Counted from the first letter of the stretch, positions 9,245 to 20,302 are shown. The stretch: DNA of 40,870 nt from a virus (IMGVR_UViG_2917413769_000003:1-40870), one strand, 5' to 3'. Numbers and translations are program-made. The notes: a model not told the origin generated them from the sequence alone.

Positions 9245-10396
9245 TTAGCGTACGACTGTGATTGCTACAGAGCCGTAGTGAACGGCACCGGCCAATTTTG
9301 CGGCCACCTGAATTGGCACACCTTTACGCGCTTCACGGTCCGCCTGCAGCTGGTCATCCACGCGCGGCGCGTAGATGTAATAGCCTTTGGTCAGGGTGTC
9401 GCCGGTATTCAGCTGCCCAATCGGGCCGCCCGTCCATTTGCCCGGTGCAAACAGCCCGTTGTTGACCGCCTGATCCAGCACCAGCTCAATGTTCGCGATA
9501 CGGGTTGTGGTACCGGCATCGGTCTGCGGGATTTTGGTCGTGCTGGTGTAGAGGGTGTTGTAGTCCGCCGTCTGGACGGTGTTCTGCAACCAGTCGAGAC
9601 CGTGGCGCTCGTCGAAGAAGTCGCCGTTCGCCATGACCCCCTGCTCCAGAATGGCGGTGTCGTTCTCGTAGTACACGTACACGTTGCAGTTCTTCGCCTC
9701 CAGCGCATTGGCCTGAGAAGTACCGATCGTTTCGTACGTGACGCCGGGCTCCTGCTTGAACTTCAGGGTAATGGTGGTATTGCTGCCGTTGAAGTCCACA
9801 GTGAAGGCGCGGGCGAACGCAGAAAGCGCTGCGTAGCGGCTGGTGGAAGAATACTGAATGAACGTTCGGCTATACTTCGCCGCTTTCAGCTTCGACGCGA
9901 GATCAGTATCGTCAGACGAGCTGAGAATACTTTCTTCAGCGGTGGTAATCGCAAAGATGCGTGACACTGTGGCAGCTTCAATCGCTGCGCTGATCGGGAT
10001 GATGTCGGCATCGTCCGGATAATCAACCTCAGGTACTGCGAGATGCAGACCATACCAGGAGTTGTAATCCATCAGCGCGTTAACAGCTTCCAGCAGCGTT
10101 TCGGTGGTGCCGGACTCGGCAGAGGCCAGGGAATCAACCCAGCGACCAACATAAACCAGCGTGGGCTGGGGTTGCTGAGAGAACCAGATAATAGCGGCCT
10201 TGTACTCTTCACTGTCGATCCCGAAATCATCGCCAATATCATCCGGCGCGGAATAGGCACGCAGGCGTTCGCTCACAGGGATCACGGTTGAGTTACCCAG
10301 GATAAGCATCGAGCCGAAGTTACGCCCTTGCGCAGCTTTGGCCGAGAGCGTCACGGTAGTATTCGCGACGCGATTTAACGGCAAACCTTTCGCCAT
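9245..10396 (-). CDS. Tail sheath protein (DUF3383-like)
   Basis: 383 aa ORF preceding tube/chaperone/tape measure; gene order and size. Confidence 0.65.
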   Translation of the reverse strand: MAKGLPLNRVANTTVTLSAKAAQGRNFGSMLILGNSTVIPVSERLRAYSAPDDIGDDFGIDSEEYKAAIIWFSQQPQPTLVYVGRWVDSLASAESGTTETLLEAVNALMDYNSWYGLHLAVPEVDYPDDADIIPISAAIEAATVSRIFAITTAEESILSSSDDTDLASKLKAAKYSRTFIQYSSTSRYAALSAFARAFTVDFNGSNTTITLKFKQEPGVTYETIGTSQANALEAKNCNVYVYYENDTAILEQGVMANGDFFDERHGLDWLQNTVQTADYNTLYTSTTKIPQTDAGTTTRIANIELVLDQAVNNGLFAPGKWTGGPIGQLNTGDTLTKGYYIYAPRVDDQLQADREARKGVPIQVAAKLAGAVHYGSVAITVVR

Positions 10397-10398
10397 GA

Positions 10399-10965
10399 TT
10401 AATCTCCGGTGGAAATCGTGACGTTGCCGTCAACGATGGATTTAATGTTGTAAGTACGCACCACTTTGCGGCGAAGCTGCACGTGCAGGTCGTAACGGCG
10501 AACCCACTGGTTATTGATGAGTTCAGGGAAGGGGGTAATATCGCTATAGCTGCCAAGAGACAGACCCAGCCGGTTCAGTTCAGCGTTGTTTTGCTCAATC
10601 GTGATACCGTCGCGAAAAACAGCGGCGTACTGCATCCCCGCCGGACCGTAAAAGGACGCCATCGCAACGAAGGATTCATGCCGCCACAGCTCTGCGTTTT
10701 CATCGGTCTGCCGGGTTGATGCTGGGGTGTTATAACTGGGCCACTCGACAATACCGAATGCGCACCAATTCACGTCGACTGGCATCAATGGTGGCTGGTC
10801 CGGCTGCCAGCGCGGGCGGACTGAGCTATCTGGCAGCCCTGAAACAGCCCGCATCCATCGACTAAGCAACCGGTCGAGATCAGTGTCGTACGCAGGACTA
10901 TCGCTTACTGGTGTCAGCCATCCAGCTTCATTGCTGCTGTTATTGCTCAACTGGAATTCCTCCAT
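10399..10965 (-). CDS. Neck/tail completion protein (hypothetical)
   Basis: ORF track 10399..11010; likelier start at internal Met (MEEFQLSNN...) to limit overlap with upstream gene. Confidence 0.4.
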   Translation of the reverse strand: MEEFQLSNNSSNEAGWLTPVSDSPAYDTDLDRLLSRWMRAVSGLPDSSVRPRWQPDQPPLMPVDVNWCAFGIVEWPSYNTPASTRQTDENAELWRHESFVAMASFYGPAGMQYAAVFRDGITIEQNNAELNRLGLSLGSYSDITPFPELINNQWVRRYDLHVQLRRKVVRTYNIKSIVDGNVTISTGD

Positions 10966-11329
10966 CGAACGGCAGCAGCTCGCAGTGCGCCTGTATAAAA
11001 CCAGCACCATAGGCAGTGTAAGGATCAGCGAATGTCACGCGATAATCCCGGCTCTGATAGGTCACGATATCGGCGTCACGACCAGTCTGCCCCTGCGTCA
11101 GGCGTTCGGTGGTGACCACGAGAATCGCCCCACTGATAACCTGCCCGGATTGCATTCGTCGGTTCTCAAGCGATCGGTCTACGGTGACAACACCAGAAAA
11201 CTGCGTCTTGACCAACTCGTCTGTACCGATGCCGTCCGCATCGATGGTCTGCTGTCGACGAGTCACCCAAAGATTGGTATCGCAGAAATCGGGGTCGAAC
11301 AGGACGTCCGTTACGTCAAGATCCGGCAT
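10940..11329 (-). CDS. Head-tail joining protein (hypothetical)
   Basis: 129 aa ORF in neck region between head and tail modules. Confidence 0.4.
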   Translation of the reverse strand: MPDLDVTDVLFDPDFCDTNLWVTRRQQTIDADGIGTDELVKTQFSGVVTVDRSLENRRMQSGQVISGAILVVTTERLTQGQTGRDADIVTYQSRDYRVTFADPYTAYGAGFIQAHCELLPFDGGIPVEQ

Positions 11330-11864
11330 TTTTGTCCCTCACAACGTAAGTAATCGCCCGCACATACTGGCCGGTATCAACCAGTGGTTTCGCGCCATCG
11401 GTGCCGGGTAAATCCCCCGCAGCGCGTCTCGCCATTTCGGCTTTTGCTCCCTTACGCCCACGACGCGCTCGCGCTTCAACGGTCGAGTCCGCAAGAGGAA
11501 CAAAGTCAGCAGCATTAATGAAAGCCCGAACACCGTTAACGGCGAGCTGACCCGCGCGCTCAAGCGACTGCTCCGCAGATGACTCATTGCCGTCAAAGGC
11601 CGCCAAAGCGGCATCCTTAAGCTGTGGCACCGTCTGTGATTCAGCAGATTTCACACCCGGCTGGAGATGGGGGCGTGCAGGGATGTTCTGCGCTGGTGAG
11701 CCGTATTCGTTGAGGTAACCAATTCCGGCATTGCCAAACGGCACATCCTCGCGCTCGCTATCTTCGGCAGGAATGCCAATCAGCACCTCTTTACTGGTAA
11801 GTGCTTTGAGAGAGTCGAGGATGGCCTGAGCATTATCAGTAGTGATTTTCACGCCGCTTTTCAT
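11316..11864 (-). CDS. Head-tail connector/neck protein (hypothetical)
   Basis: 182 aa ORF; gene order. Confidence 0.4.
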   Translation of the reverse strand: MKSGVKITTDNAQAILDSLKALTSKEVLIGIPAEDSEREDVPFGNAGIGYLNEYGSPAQNIPARPHLQPGVKSAESQTVPQLKDAALAAFDGNESSAEQSLERAGQLAVNGVRAFINAADFVPLADSTVEARARRGRKGAKAEMARRAAGDLPGTDGAKPLVDTGQYVRAITYVVRDKNAGS

Positions 11865-12289
11865 AGCTGGCGACCGCCAGCGCCGAACATAGTAGCTATC
11901 TGGTAAAACTCTGCGCCGTAGCGAGTGTTGTTCCAGAAACCTGCATCAGGATTCAGCGTCATGCTGTTGTCATAGCTGACACTGACTTTATCAACAGATT
12001 TAGAGGACTGGACGCCACTGGCATTACCGCCAGAGCCACCGGCCGCCGCAGAACGCTGGTCCTGCGCAAACAACGTCATGTAATGAGCGACATAAAGCTC
12101 GACAATGTAGGGATACATAGTCGGGCCATAGAGGCTTTCATTTAGCATGACGTCGGCCAGATTCAGCCGAAACTGGATCTGAGCATCAGGATATTTGGTG
12201 GTATCAGCGAACTGCGGGAAGTCGGTGCGAAATTTACTTACGGTTGGCAGGTCCGGATTTTTCGGCATTTTTATCCCCTTCGCCGCCAA
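11861..12289 (-). CDS. Head-tail connector protein (DUF4054-like)
   Basis: 142 aa ORF downstream of capsid genes; start may be at internal Met (MPKNPDLP). Confidence 0.45.
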   Translation of the reverse strand: MAAKGIKMPKNPDLPTVSKFRTDFPQFADTTKYPDAQIQFRLNLADVMLNESLYGPTMYPYIVELYVAHYMTLFAQDQRSAAAGGSGGNASGVQSSKSVDKVSVSYDNSMTLNPDAGFWNNTRYGAEFYQIATMFGAGGRQL

Positions 12290-12593
12290 TAAGCGACGCC
12301 GCGAGCTGCGTATTCAGGTCTTCAATCTGCTTATTCAGAGCATCAATCGTGTCCTGATTCGCTTTAAGTTGCTCATCGCGCTGAGCGAGTGCATCTTTTA
12401 GCTTCTGCAGTTCGTCGCCATCGTCAGTATTCGAACGGTCCGCCAACTCTGCATGAGCCAGGGTAAACCAGTGCCCGGCATGCTCTTCTGGCACGTCATG
12501 GAGACCTTTGGTGTATTCGGTCGCCGTACCGTCTGCCAGCGTCAACTTGAAAGGGGTGTGAACGAGGATCGAAACCAGTTTTTCTTTTGCCAT
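12234..12593 (-). CDS. Hypothetical phage protein with C-terminal coiled coil
   Basis: 119 aa ORF immediately after major capsid gene; ...[36 protein letters not shown]... heptad-like. Confidence 0.4.
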   Translation of the reverse strand: MAKEKLVSILVHTPFKLTLADGTATEYTKGLHDVPEEHAGHWFTLAHAELADRSNTDDGDELQKLKDALAQRDEQLKANQDTIDALNKQIEDLNTQLAASLIGGEGDKNAEKSGPANRK

Positions 12594-12635
12594 TTGGAAA
12601 GTCCTTCAGGCCCCATAAAGGGGCCATGCTGGTTA

Positions 12636-13583
12636 TCAGATACCGTCCACGTAGGACAGCGTTTCTTTGTACACAGGCTCGATTGCACCCAGCTTGCCGT
12701 AGTAGGTGACAATCTGATACAGACCACGATACTGCACCGGCACGCTCTGCAGCGGCACCAGCGGATAGCGGACGTACTTCTTGTCGTTGGTGTAAGCAAC
12801 CATGCGATCTTTACCGCCGACACCTCGGCCTTTCAGCCACTTAACCGCGCGGATGTTCAGTGGAACACCGTTCTGGTGGTAGCTGATGGTGTTAGTCTGG
12901 AGGTAGGTCAGTAAAGACTGATTACCCGCTGAAGACACGATGATGCTGGACAGCAGAGCAAACTGCTCTGGCGGGATCAGCAAATCGCGCGGCACAACTG
13001 AATAGCCAGAAGCAGCCCAGGCATCCGAAAGCACAGTGTTAATACTGGCGCGGATTTCATCCGGCGTGGACAGCGCCCACGTTTTGGCCGCATTGTTAAC
13101 TGGAATGCTAGTCAGCGTTGCCAGCCCTTTCAGGTTCAGAGAGGGATCACCGATGTAAACTTGCTCGTCGTTATCCATCTGCCATTTGAGCTGCATACCG
13201 TCGTATTTCTGTGTATCGATCGGACGACCAACCTGCTCTGCGGCTTTCAGCTCGATAACAGTCCAGCCTAATTCCATACCCCAGAGGTTCAGCGGATTGC
13301 CGTCTTTACCAATATCGACGTTCACGCCAGCAATGGCGGTAGATACTTTGCCAACCCAGTTTTTGCCATTCGGGTTAGCGCCGGTACCTGCTGCACCAAA
13401 TTTGGTATTAGTCCAGCTGGAGATATCGTCAGCGATGGAAACGTCTTCGCGCAGCTGAATATCGCGCGTCCAGGTGTACCCCACCAGCGGCAGGTTCAGC
13501 GTCTGATCCAGACGCTCCAGCTCGCCGACAAGAAACGCACCAGAGCCGTCTACCGTCGCCTGGTCAAAAGTAATCATTGACAT
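12636..13583 (-). CDS. Major capsid protein (DUF2184-like)
   Basis: 315 aa ORF with good RBS context, positioned after scaffold and decoration-like genes. Confidence 0.7.
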   Translation of the reverse strand: MSMITFDQATVDGSGAFLVGELERLDQTLNLPLVGYTWTRDIQLREDVSIADDISSWTNTKFGAAGTGANPNGKNWVGKVSTAIAGVNVDIGKDGNPLNLWGMELGWTVIELKAAEQVGRPIDTQKYDGMQLKWQMDNDEQVYIGDPSLNLKGLATLTSIPVNNAAKTWALSTPDEIRASINTVLSDAWAASGYSVVPRDLLIPPEQFALLSSIIVSSAGNQSLLTYLQTNTISYHQNGVPLNIRAVKWLKGRGVGGKDRMVAYTNDKKYVRYPLVPLQSVPVQYRGLYQIVTYYGKLGAIEPVYKETLSYVDGI

Positions 13584-13595
13584 GTTTTGTATTCC

Positions 13596-14093
13596 TTAAA
13601 TCTTCCAGGAGATTTCAGCGTTGCCATCAGCATCGCCAGCACCGGTGAACGCAGCATTCGGAAGAGCAACTGTCTTTCCGGCGGTGTTCGTTGCAGAGAA
13701 GCCGCCAAGCGGCACATCAATGGTGGAATCGACAGAGACCACAACGTATACCACAGCACCTTTTTTGATGGTGGAGGCATCGTTGCCCAGGTTGACGGTC
13801 ATGTAGCCACGCTTCAGCACATCACCCGGGAAGTTCTTGTCGGAGCCCACCTGGCGGACCATGTCCGGCGTGGAGGTCGTTGGGTACGGGCGTACATAAA
13901 TGCCAGTCACTTTGTCGGCGGTATCACCGTCTTCAAGCGGAACAAAATAACCATCAGCGTCGTATTTCCCCGCCAGGCCATAAGCCGTAAAGGCGTCGGC
14001 GGATTTGAGGATGACCGGCTCGGTGGTCAGATCCTGAGGACGAGAGATCGCCCCGGCGATGCCTACAGGCATCCGGTACAGATATGCAGTCAT
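13596..14093 (-). CDS. Head decoration/structural protein (DUF2190-like)
   Basis: 165 aa ORF between scaffold and capsid genes. Confidence 0.5.
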   Translation of the reverse strand: MTAYLYRMPVGIAGAISRPQDLTTEPVILKSADAFTAYGLAGKYDADGYFVPLEDGDTADKVTGIYVRPYPTTSTPDMVRQVGSDKNFPGDVLKRGYMTVNLGNDASTIKKGAVVYVVVSVDSTIDVPLGGFSATNTAGKTVALPNAAFTGAGDADGNAEISWKI

Positions 14094-14099
14094 CGTGAA

Positions 14100-15320
14100 T
14101 TACCCTTTTTTAGCCCAGAAGTCAGCGTTAACTTTATTCAGGTCAGAAATGTTTGGAGTGGTGATAGAAGAGCGGGAAGCATCGCCCGTTGTAGTGCGCG
14201 TATTGCGGCCTTTTGCCAGTTCAGAAACCGCATTGAAAGCCATTTCAACTGACTGTTTTGGCAGTTTGCGAATATCCGCATCCCCGACCACCTGGCGAAC
14301 CAGCTTCTTGTCGGCGGTGGACAGAACTTCGCGTTTGAACGCTGTAGGCTTCATCTTACGGCTCAGGTCGACGCCAGGCAGAATAACTTCGGCGCGGTAC
14401 GCTGAGTCACCAGTAATCACGGCTTCCTCTTCGTCGTCTTCACCGTCGGTGGTAGGGTCTTTTTTACCATCCGGATTATCGTTGTCGCCTGTAGGGCCTG
14501 CGCTCAGTTTCGCCAGTAGCGCTTTCAGCAGCGTAACGACATCATCGTCACCATCGGCAGTTTTACCGCCACCCATTTCAGGATCTTTATCCGGGAGCGG
14601 GTGCTGCGGTGACAGATTAATATTGAGGTTCACGCCCTGCGGCAAATCCCCCTCATCCCCCGTAACCGATGCGGGAGCCGACTCCACCAGTTCATTCATG
14701 GTGTCGGCATCCCCGGTTTTGATGGCAGCGCGCATGCGTGTCCACCAGCTTTTCTTTTGATTTGCCATTGTGTCTCTGTCTCCAATTGCACAACGATTTC
14801 CGGCTCTGCCTTTGGGGACAAGAGCCACATGGTTACCTGTAATTTCTACCTGCTCAGCTTTACCTGGCTCAGTTTGTTCGTACTCAGCGTCGTAACCACA
14901 CGACACCTGCCGGAGGCCGTCTTCGACCATCTGAATGGCGTATTCATCTTTGATAATGATGTCAGCGATCATCAGGTCGGACTGGTCACCGGTTCCACGA
15001 CGAACGTTCTGCAGGTGACCCACCGCAAGCTCTTTCCAGTTCGCAGGGTTGACCAGTTGTACGTTGCCGTTTTCGTCCTCCGGATGGAGCACGGTGATGC
15101 TCATCCCTTCGAAGGAAGCCAGCGTCGCAGGGTCGAAAACATGCTCCGGCGAACGGCTAACGACTATCTCACCAGATGCGTCAGGAATAAGGTTGGGTAG
15201 GTCGGCTTCGCCGTAGAGCTGTTTGCCCGTACGTGCGACAGGCACGTCTTTGCAAAGCAAAGAGCCATCCGCCAGGCGGTATCGGGTTTCCCCGAGCCTG
15301 GTCTCAAAAAAGTATTTCAT
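14100..15320 (-). CDS. Prohead scaffold/protease protein (DUF2213-like)
   Basis: 406 aa ORF with acidic low-complexity linker (DGEDDEEE), located between head-morphogenesis and capsid genes. Confidence 0.55.
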   Translation of the reverse strand: MKYFFETRLGETRYRLADGSLLCKDVPVARTGKQLYGEADLPNLIPDASGEIVVSRSPEHVFDPATLASFEGMSITVLHPEDENGNVQLVNPANWKELAVGHLQNVRRGTGDQSDLMIADIIIKDEYAIQMVEDGLRQVSCGYDAEYEQTEPGKAEQVEITGNHVALVPKGRAGNRCAIGDRDTMANQKKSWWTRMRAAIKTGDADTMNELVESAPASVTGDEGDLPQGVNLNINLSPQHPLPDKDPEMGGGKTADGDDDVVTLLKALLAKLSAGPTGDNDNPDGKKDPTTDGEDDEEEAVITGDSAYRAEVILPGVDLSRKMKPTAFKREVLSTADKKLVRQVVGDADIRKLPKQSVEMAFNAVSELAKGRNTRTTTGDASRSSITTPNISDLNKVNADFWAKKG

Positions 15321-15323
15321 GGG

Positions 15324-16106
15324 TTATGCTGCCCTTTTCATGGCGAATGGAACGCGAGCAAACACGATCTCTTTGTAGCAGCGACAATTCGGTAATTCGC
15401 CAGCATGACCGGTCATGCCATCCAGAGTTGGAGGCTTGCCCCACTCAACGAATTTCCCTTCCATCTCGGCATGCGAGTGCCTGACGTCGCCATCGTCCGC
15501 GGTGCGCCAGATGTATCCAATTGAGCCAATAGCAACCGCGCGAGACATATCCAGCGCGCCAGTGGCCCTCCCCAGCTCGGTTCGGGCTATCAGGTCGGCG
15601 CGCGACTTTGCAACATCACCAGTAGAAGCAATTTCTTTGGCAAACTGCTCAGCCAGGCCGCCGGTCACGACGGCCTCGATCGCTTTGTTCTGGATTTCAT
15701 ACACCCTGTCCGCGGCCTCAAGGGGTAGCGATTTGATGTACTTGACCTGTTCAGCAATGATGGATTGCATCACCTGGCCCACAGGAGCGCTTTCCACCAG
15801 ATTGCGGAGCTCGCGACTGATGTTCTTGCTGTGCTGCCGCCAAACTTTGTCGTTCTGCCGGGTTAGGTCCGCAGTGAATGACTCCGCCACCTTAGTCGCC
15901 CAAGGCGTTATGATTTCGCTATAACGCTCCAGGGCTTCCATGATTTCTGTGACGCTGTCATTTGAACCATCGTAGCGGCCATTTACGATGTCGCCGACCG
16001 TCCGCGCTATCTTGCGTAGGCTGGTTCGATATCGGATCTCCGCTTGCCGACTCTGGCTTCGGGTTTTCAAGTTCGCCGAGGCCTGGAGGCGCTTCGTCTT
16101 CGGCAT
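15324..16106 (-). CDS. Head morphogenesis protein (Mu gpF / SPP1 gp7-like)
   Basis: ORF track 15324..16151; start at Met16 (MPKTKRLQ) assumed; still overlaps the portal 3' end (15958), start uncertain. Confidence 0.55.
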   Translation of the reverse strand: MPKTKRLQASANLKTRSQSRQAEIRYRTSLRKIARTVGDIVNGRYDGSNDSVTEIMEALERYSEIITPWATKVAESFTADLTRQNDKVWRQHSKNISRELRNLVESAPVGQVMQSIIAEQVKYIKSLPLEAADRVYEIQNKAIEAVVTGGLAEQFAKEIASTGDVAKSRADLIARTELGRATGALDMSRAVAIGSIGYIWRTADDGDVRHSHAEMEGKFVEWGKPPTLDGMTGHAGELPNCRCYKEIVFARVPFAMKRAA

Positions 16107-17424
16107 TCTCGATATCCTCATCGGTGATTGATGCGCCGATGCCAGTAACATCGGAAGTTTCGCGCAGATCAGTCATTGCGGCTTTAGGTGTCATCAATCC
16201 CGCATCCTGCGCGGCGGTGATTGCATTTACCGTATTAACAGCAACAGTTGAACGATCGACATCAGACATCTGCCAGAGAGGATTAAACTCAAACGTAAAA
16301 TCTTCAGGTAGTGGCTGCTCAAGCTCAGAACGGTAAATTACGTCAAGAATCCTGCGCAACGGCTGCCTCAGGCGGCGTTCCTGAAGTGAGCCCACCCGGT
16401 CGTAGTAGTTAGCGAGGTCGGCGTCACCAGTGGAGAACCCCTTCGGTGACTGCCCGAACAGACGCACCAAGGGGATGCCCACTGCGCCGCTGATTTGTTC
16501 AGCAAACTGCGCGAGGATGTCATCCAGCCCCGCAAAGCTGTACTGATGGGTTTCGAAGGTGTCAGCGTTATCTTTGAGGGTCATCCCCTCATTGCTCTGA
16601 AACTGCCGAATCAGGTCTATTTGCTTCAGCAGAGCGTCGTAGGCCGGGCCGCCGAAGGCAATCAGTTCCCTGAGCTTGTCCACGCCGTAGGTACGCAGGT
16701 GAGCTTTATAGACGAGCTGCCCGGCGCCCATAGTCGCGCTGTCAAAAATAGTGAGCCTGTCCCAGATACGCTCCACAACGGACATGCCCCATTCGTTCTC
16801 GGTCATCTTCTGCTGAAAAGGCAGCGTGACGCCGTCAAATCGAATCAGGCGGCTGTGATGGATACGCCAGGAGGGGATACCTGTCGCGGTGGTCACCACG
16901 TCATAAAATTCAGGTTTACCCAGGTCCGGCCCCATCTCTTTGATGCGGCGGGTCAGTACCGGGTTGATCATCCAGCGGTCCAGCGGCAGGATGCCTTTAA
17001 ATTTGCCTTTGCCGATGGTCTCCAGCCGGAGCGGTGTCATCGGTGCCTGGCCTTCGATCATGATGAAGCCAACCGCACCGCCGTAGAGACGCGACCACTT
17101 CAGCACGTCGTTGAGGGCGTCCCACAGCTGCAGATCGTCAAACTGAGACTCAATAATGCCGCGGTCTTTTGCATCAATTTCAGAGGTGATGCGAATCCCC
17201 TTACGGGTCATGTCGTCCGGTATGGCATCAACCGCCTCGCCAACAATCCACGACGAGCGATACGCCCACTCCACCAGCAGCCGGTTGCGGCTGGTAAAGT
17301 TCGGTCGATACGTTGACGCTGCATGCTGGTTAGGTGCTTGCATCCCCACCCGGGCGACAAAGTTCTCAATGCTGTCAGCGGTAGCAACTGCTTTCCGCTG
17401 GCCGCCTTGCTTTTGTTTCGCCAT
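15958..17424 (-). CDS. Portal protein (DUF1073-like)
   Basis: 488 aa ORF immediately downstream of terminase large subunit (start overlaps TerL stop). Confidence 0.7.
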   Translation of the reverse strand: MAKQKQGGQRKAVATADSIENFVARVGMQAPNQHAASTYRPNFTSRNRLLVEWAYRSSWIVGEAVDAIPDDMTRKGIRITSEIDAKDRGIIESQFDDLQLWDALNDVLKWSRLYGGAVGFIMIEGQAPMTPLRLETIGKGKFKGILPLDRWMINPVLTRRIKEMGPDLGKPEFYDVVTTATGIPSWRIHHSRLIRFDGVTLPFQQKMTENEWGMSVVERIWDRLTIFDSATMGAGQLVYKAHLRTYGVDKLRELIAFGGPAYDALLKQIDLIRQFQSNEGMTLKDNADTFETHQYSFAGLDDILAQFAEQISGAVGIPLVRLFGQSPKGFSTGDADLANYYDRVGSLQERRLRQPLRRILDVIYRSELEQPLPEDFTFEFNPLWQMSDVDRSTVAVNTVNAITAAQDAGLMTPKAAMTDLRETSDVTGIGASITDEDIENAEDEAPPGLGELENPKPESASGDPISNQPTQDSADGRRHRKWPLRWFK

Positions 17425-19046
17425 TACGCCTGTCTCCCGAGTCTTTCCCAGATATTCAGTGCCGCATTCATCGGCGCATAGTTGATCATCACTGAGTCAG
17501 CATTGTTCGGCGACTTCGTGCCGTCAGGCTGTTTATCAATAACCATCTTGCCGACGCCATTGATGGAGAACGTCGGCTGCGACAGCTCAGTGACCAGTTT
17601 GTCCAGGCAGGAAATACTGCTGGAAAGAGAGATTATTTCGTCGGGGTTGTAGGGTTTGCCCTCTACCACCGCGCGATAAACGTTGCGGAACAGCTTGCGT
17701 AAATGCCACCAGCTCTGCGCTTTGGCATTTGCAAAGAAATCCTTGTTCAGGCGAGCCGCCCGGGCGTTGTCTCCCGGTACGGCTTCCCCCTCGGGGTCAA
17801 ACACCGAACCACTGCCGCGGAACGGCGTGGCGAGAATAGCCGGGCGGCGATTCGCTCTGCGCTGTTCGTTGATAACCCTTGCATCGCCGCGAGCACCAGC
17901 CCCCAGGCCATCCTCATCGAACCGCAGTTCTTCGGCTGCAGCCATATCGCAAAGACCAAAGGCCCGCTCAACAGTGGAAAAAATATCGCTGCCCTTGCCA
18001 GACCATTCCTGGACATCTTCCAGCAGGAAGCCGTAGCGGGATGAGTAGGAGTTTTTGTCCCGGCCTTCATCGGCGATATCCAGCGCGCCCTGGCGTCGGC
18101 CAGTTGGCTTAATGCCAAGCTTGATATGCGCATCGATAGCCGCCTGCACCCACTCGGCGGGGATGAGAACACCTTCAGCAGATGCGGAGTAGTTCAAATC
18201 CAGCTCTTGAGCGACAACAACCGGATTGTCGATTTTGTCGCATTCGTTGCGGTACCACTCGTCATCCTTGCGCGGATCGCTGCGCCAGTGGAATGTAAAG
18301 ACAGGTATTTTGCCGCCGTGGCGTTTCTGGGCGAACGGGTTGCCCATACCGTTGACAGAAGAGAGATCAATACGACAACGGGTGGTTTGGGACAGCGCCG
18401 CGTCAATCAGCAACGGGCGCTGCAGGAAGGCTGATTCATCCACAAAGTAGAGTGTGGAACGGTCACCACGGCCAATGTTATCGCCAGCTTCGCCTTTGAT
18501 AATGGCCCCAGTACCCGGGAACTCCACCTGCATAAAACGTGAATCTTTCTTCTCATTCCAGCCACCGCGAAACTCAGCTGGCAGCGTTTCAATGAATTTT
18601 CTCGCTTTCCAGAAAAGCGCTTTAGGATCAGCGGTACTGTCGACGTATTCTTCTTTACGGGAGCCGAAACCAATCACCATCTCTTTATTGAAAAGGCAGA
18701 GAGCGCAGGACATCCCGATCGCCGTCCAGCTAAGGCCCATTTCGCGGGATTTCTCGGTGATCCCGTTCTCGCGATTACCCCAGCGGTCCATAATCCAGTG
18801 GATCCACTCTTCCTGTTTTGGGAAGAGCAAAAACGGGATAGTCACCGGCAAGCCGTAGTCGAGGTTACGCGGGTCAGTTGTCATCCCCCAGTCAATGATG
18901 AACTGGCCGGGGTTATTGCGGTAGTACGTCTTCAGGGTCGCCAGCATGGCAGGGTCTTTGCGGATCCTCTCCAGCCGCTCCATTCGCCATTCGAAAACCT
19001 GCACGTAATCAGGCTTTTTGAAATCAAAAGGAAACGGTAAAGGCAT
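17424..19046 (-). CDS. Terminase large subunit
   Basis: 540 aa ORF following small terminase; size and position typical; contains acidic nuclease-like motifs (LYFVDESAF). Confidence 0.8.
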   Translation of the reverse strand: MPLPFPFDFKKPDYVQVFEWRMERLERIRKDPAMLATLKTYYRNNPGQFIIDWGMTTDPRNLDYGLPVTIPFLLFPKQEEWIHWIMDRWGNRENGITEKSREMGLSWTAIGMSCALCLFNKEMVIGFGSRKEEYVDSTADPKALFWKARKFIETLPAEFRGGWNEKKDSRFMQVEFPGTGAIIKGEAGDNIGRGDRSTLYFVDESAFLQRPLLIDAALSQTTRCRIDLSSVNGMGNPFAQKRHGGKIPVFTFHWRSDPRKDDEWYRNECDKIDNPVVVAQELDLNYSASAEGVLIPAEWVQAAIDAHIKLGIKPTGRRQGALDIADEGRDKNSYSSRYGFLLEDVQEWSGKGSDIFSTVERAFGLCDMAAAEELRFDEDGLGAGARGDARVINEQRRANRRPAILATPFRGSGSVFDPEGEAVPGDNARAARLNKDFFANAKAQSWWHLRKLFRNVYRAVVEGKPYNPDEIISLSSSISCLDKLVTELSQPTFSINGVGKMVIDKQPDGTKSPNNADSVMINYAPMNAALNIWERLGRQA

Positions 19047-19048
19047 AG

Positions 19049-19621
19049 CTAACCCATCATTTTCTTGTACGCCTCCGCAGCTTGCTCTGGCGTTAAGTTG
19101 GTTGTTTCTGTTCTGACCGGGCCGCCATTCACGCCGGTGACCTCGTTCTTAACGTTATCTTTGAACGCCTGAATAGAGACGTGGCGCCCGAGCAGCTCAA
19201 GGTTTTTAACCTTGTCAGGCCACTTAATCTTTTTGAGGATGCCAACCATCTCGCGGTCATCGCCACGGCCTTCAAACATTTCAGCCAGGTTGAATCCGCT
19301 AAGATACCGACGCCATGATTCCGGCCACTCAGAAAGTGGCTTAACCTCGAGGGTTTCGGTCAGGATGTCCGCAACGTCGAGCTTGTCGATCTCCACCAGC
19401 CGCATCAGCACGTAATTTGCGTCGATGCCCAGCTGGTCGATACGTTCCTGCTTTAGCTCATTGATGCGGGCGCGTATTTCAGGTTTGCCGTAAAGCTCGG
19501 CCCCCGTTACATGCGCCCGCTTTGCGGCGTACCCTGCGCGAATGGCGGCTTGCGTGGCATTCAGATCGACAAGAAACTCGCGGCAAAACATCTCATGCTT
19601 TGCTTTCAGCTTCTTGGTCAT
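19049..19621 (-). CDS. Terminase small subunit (Terminase_2/P27-like)
   Basis: ORF track 19049..19693; start at Met25 ([31 protein letters not shown]...) with AAGGA RBS. Confidence 0.65.
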   Translation of the reverse strand: MTKKLKAKHEMFCREFLVDLNATQAAIRAGYAAKRAHVTGAELYGKPEIRARINELKQERIDQLGIDANYVLMRLVEIDKLDVADILTETLEVKPLSEWPESWRRYLSGFNLAEMFEGRGDDREMVGILKKIKWPDKVKNLELLGRHVSIQAFKDNVKNEVTGVNGGPVRTETTNLTPEQAAEAYKKMMG

Positions 19622-19729
19622 GTGGTAAGTCCTTAGAATGAGCCGATTGGCCCATACATTCGGCTCAAAATAAGAGCCGAATATGATTTGCATTATCGAA
19701 GCCCCTCACCGGGAAGAGCTTCTGTAATG

Positions 19730-20275
19730 CTACTTGCGATCCTGTTCGATTTGGCGTATTCCGGCCAGCTGGTTATTCGCTTTTTCGATAGCGGCCAGCA
19801 GCGGCTTTATCCAGAGAACAGCCTGGCAATATGTCAGCGAGCTGGAGGTAGAGGAGCTATCACCGGCTGCGTCAGCGTCCCCGGAATAGGTGTGCATTGC
19901 GCTGGCACGTAAACTGTTCGCGTAGTCGAGCAGCCCGCCAGCGACATCAGCAGGAACAGGAAGATCACAGGTTTTTTCACGTCGGAGGATCTCCCGGTAT
20001 TCGATGACAGTCTTATCGGTACCAACATCAATCAACGAGTTAAGACGGCTGGCGTTATCTGCAACCTGGTTAAACCTGTTGAAGTTGAAAGCCTGCGCAG
20101 CGATGACTTGCCCTTGCAGGGTATTGTCATTTCGGAGCACAGCAGCATCATTTTCAGCTTTCCCCAAATCAGCCCGGCTGTTGGCAAGCAGGACACAAAG
20201 CACAGCAACTATCGCTATCACGACTACCAGCAGTATCGAACGCCATAGGGCTTTGATATCAGGAAGAGTAATCAT
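19730..20275 (-). CDS. Rz-like i-spanin
   Basis: 181 aa; N-terminal TM (ILLVVVIAIVAVLCVLLA) then coiled-coil periplasmic domain; directly downstream of endolysin. Confidence 0.65.
   Translation of the reverse strand: MITLPDIKALWRSILLVVVIAIVAVLCVLLANSRADLGKAENDAAVLRNDNTLQGQVIAAQAFNFNRFNQVADNASRLNSLIDVGTDKTVIEYREILRREKTCDLPVPADVAGGLLDYANSLRASAMHTYSGDADAAGDSSSTSSSLTYCQAVLWIKPLLAAIEKANNQLAGIRQIEQDRK
19834..20031 (-). CDS. Rz1-like o-spanin embedded in +1 frame of Rz
   Basis: Embedded ORF with lipobox L-A-G-C (…KKPVIFLFLLMSLAGCSTTR…) and Pro-rich C-terminus (QPVIAPLPPAR); true start may be GTG at 19980. Confidence 0.55.
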   Translation of the reverse strand: MMLVPIRLSSNTGRSSDVKKPVIFLFLLMSLAGCSTTRTVYVPAQCTPIPGTLTQPVIAPLPPAR

Positions 20276-20302
20276 TGCACGCCATCCAGGCAGAGCGCCT
20301 TT

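Noticed and set aside
8336-9964. Plus-strand ORFs 8336..8971 and 9065..9964 (211 and 299 aa)
   Set aside because: Antisense to chaperone, tube and sheath genes; His/Arg/Gln-rich junk-like composition expected from GC-rich antisense frames
16495-17316. Plus-strand 273-aa ORF inside the portal gene
   Set aside because: Antisense to portal; no start context; composition atypical
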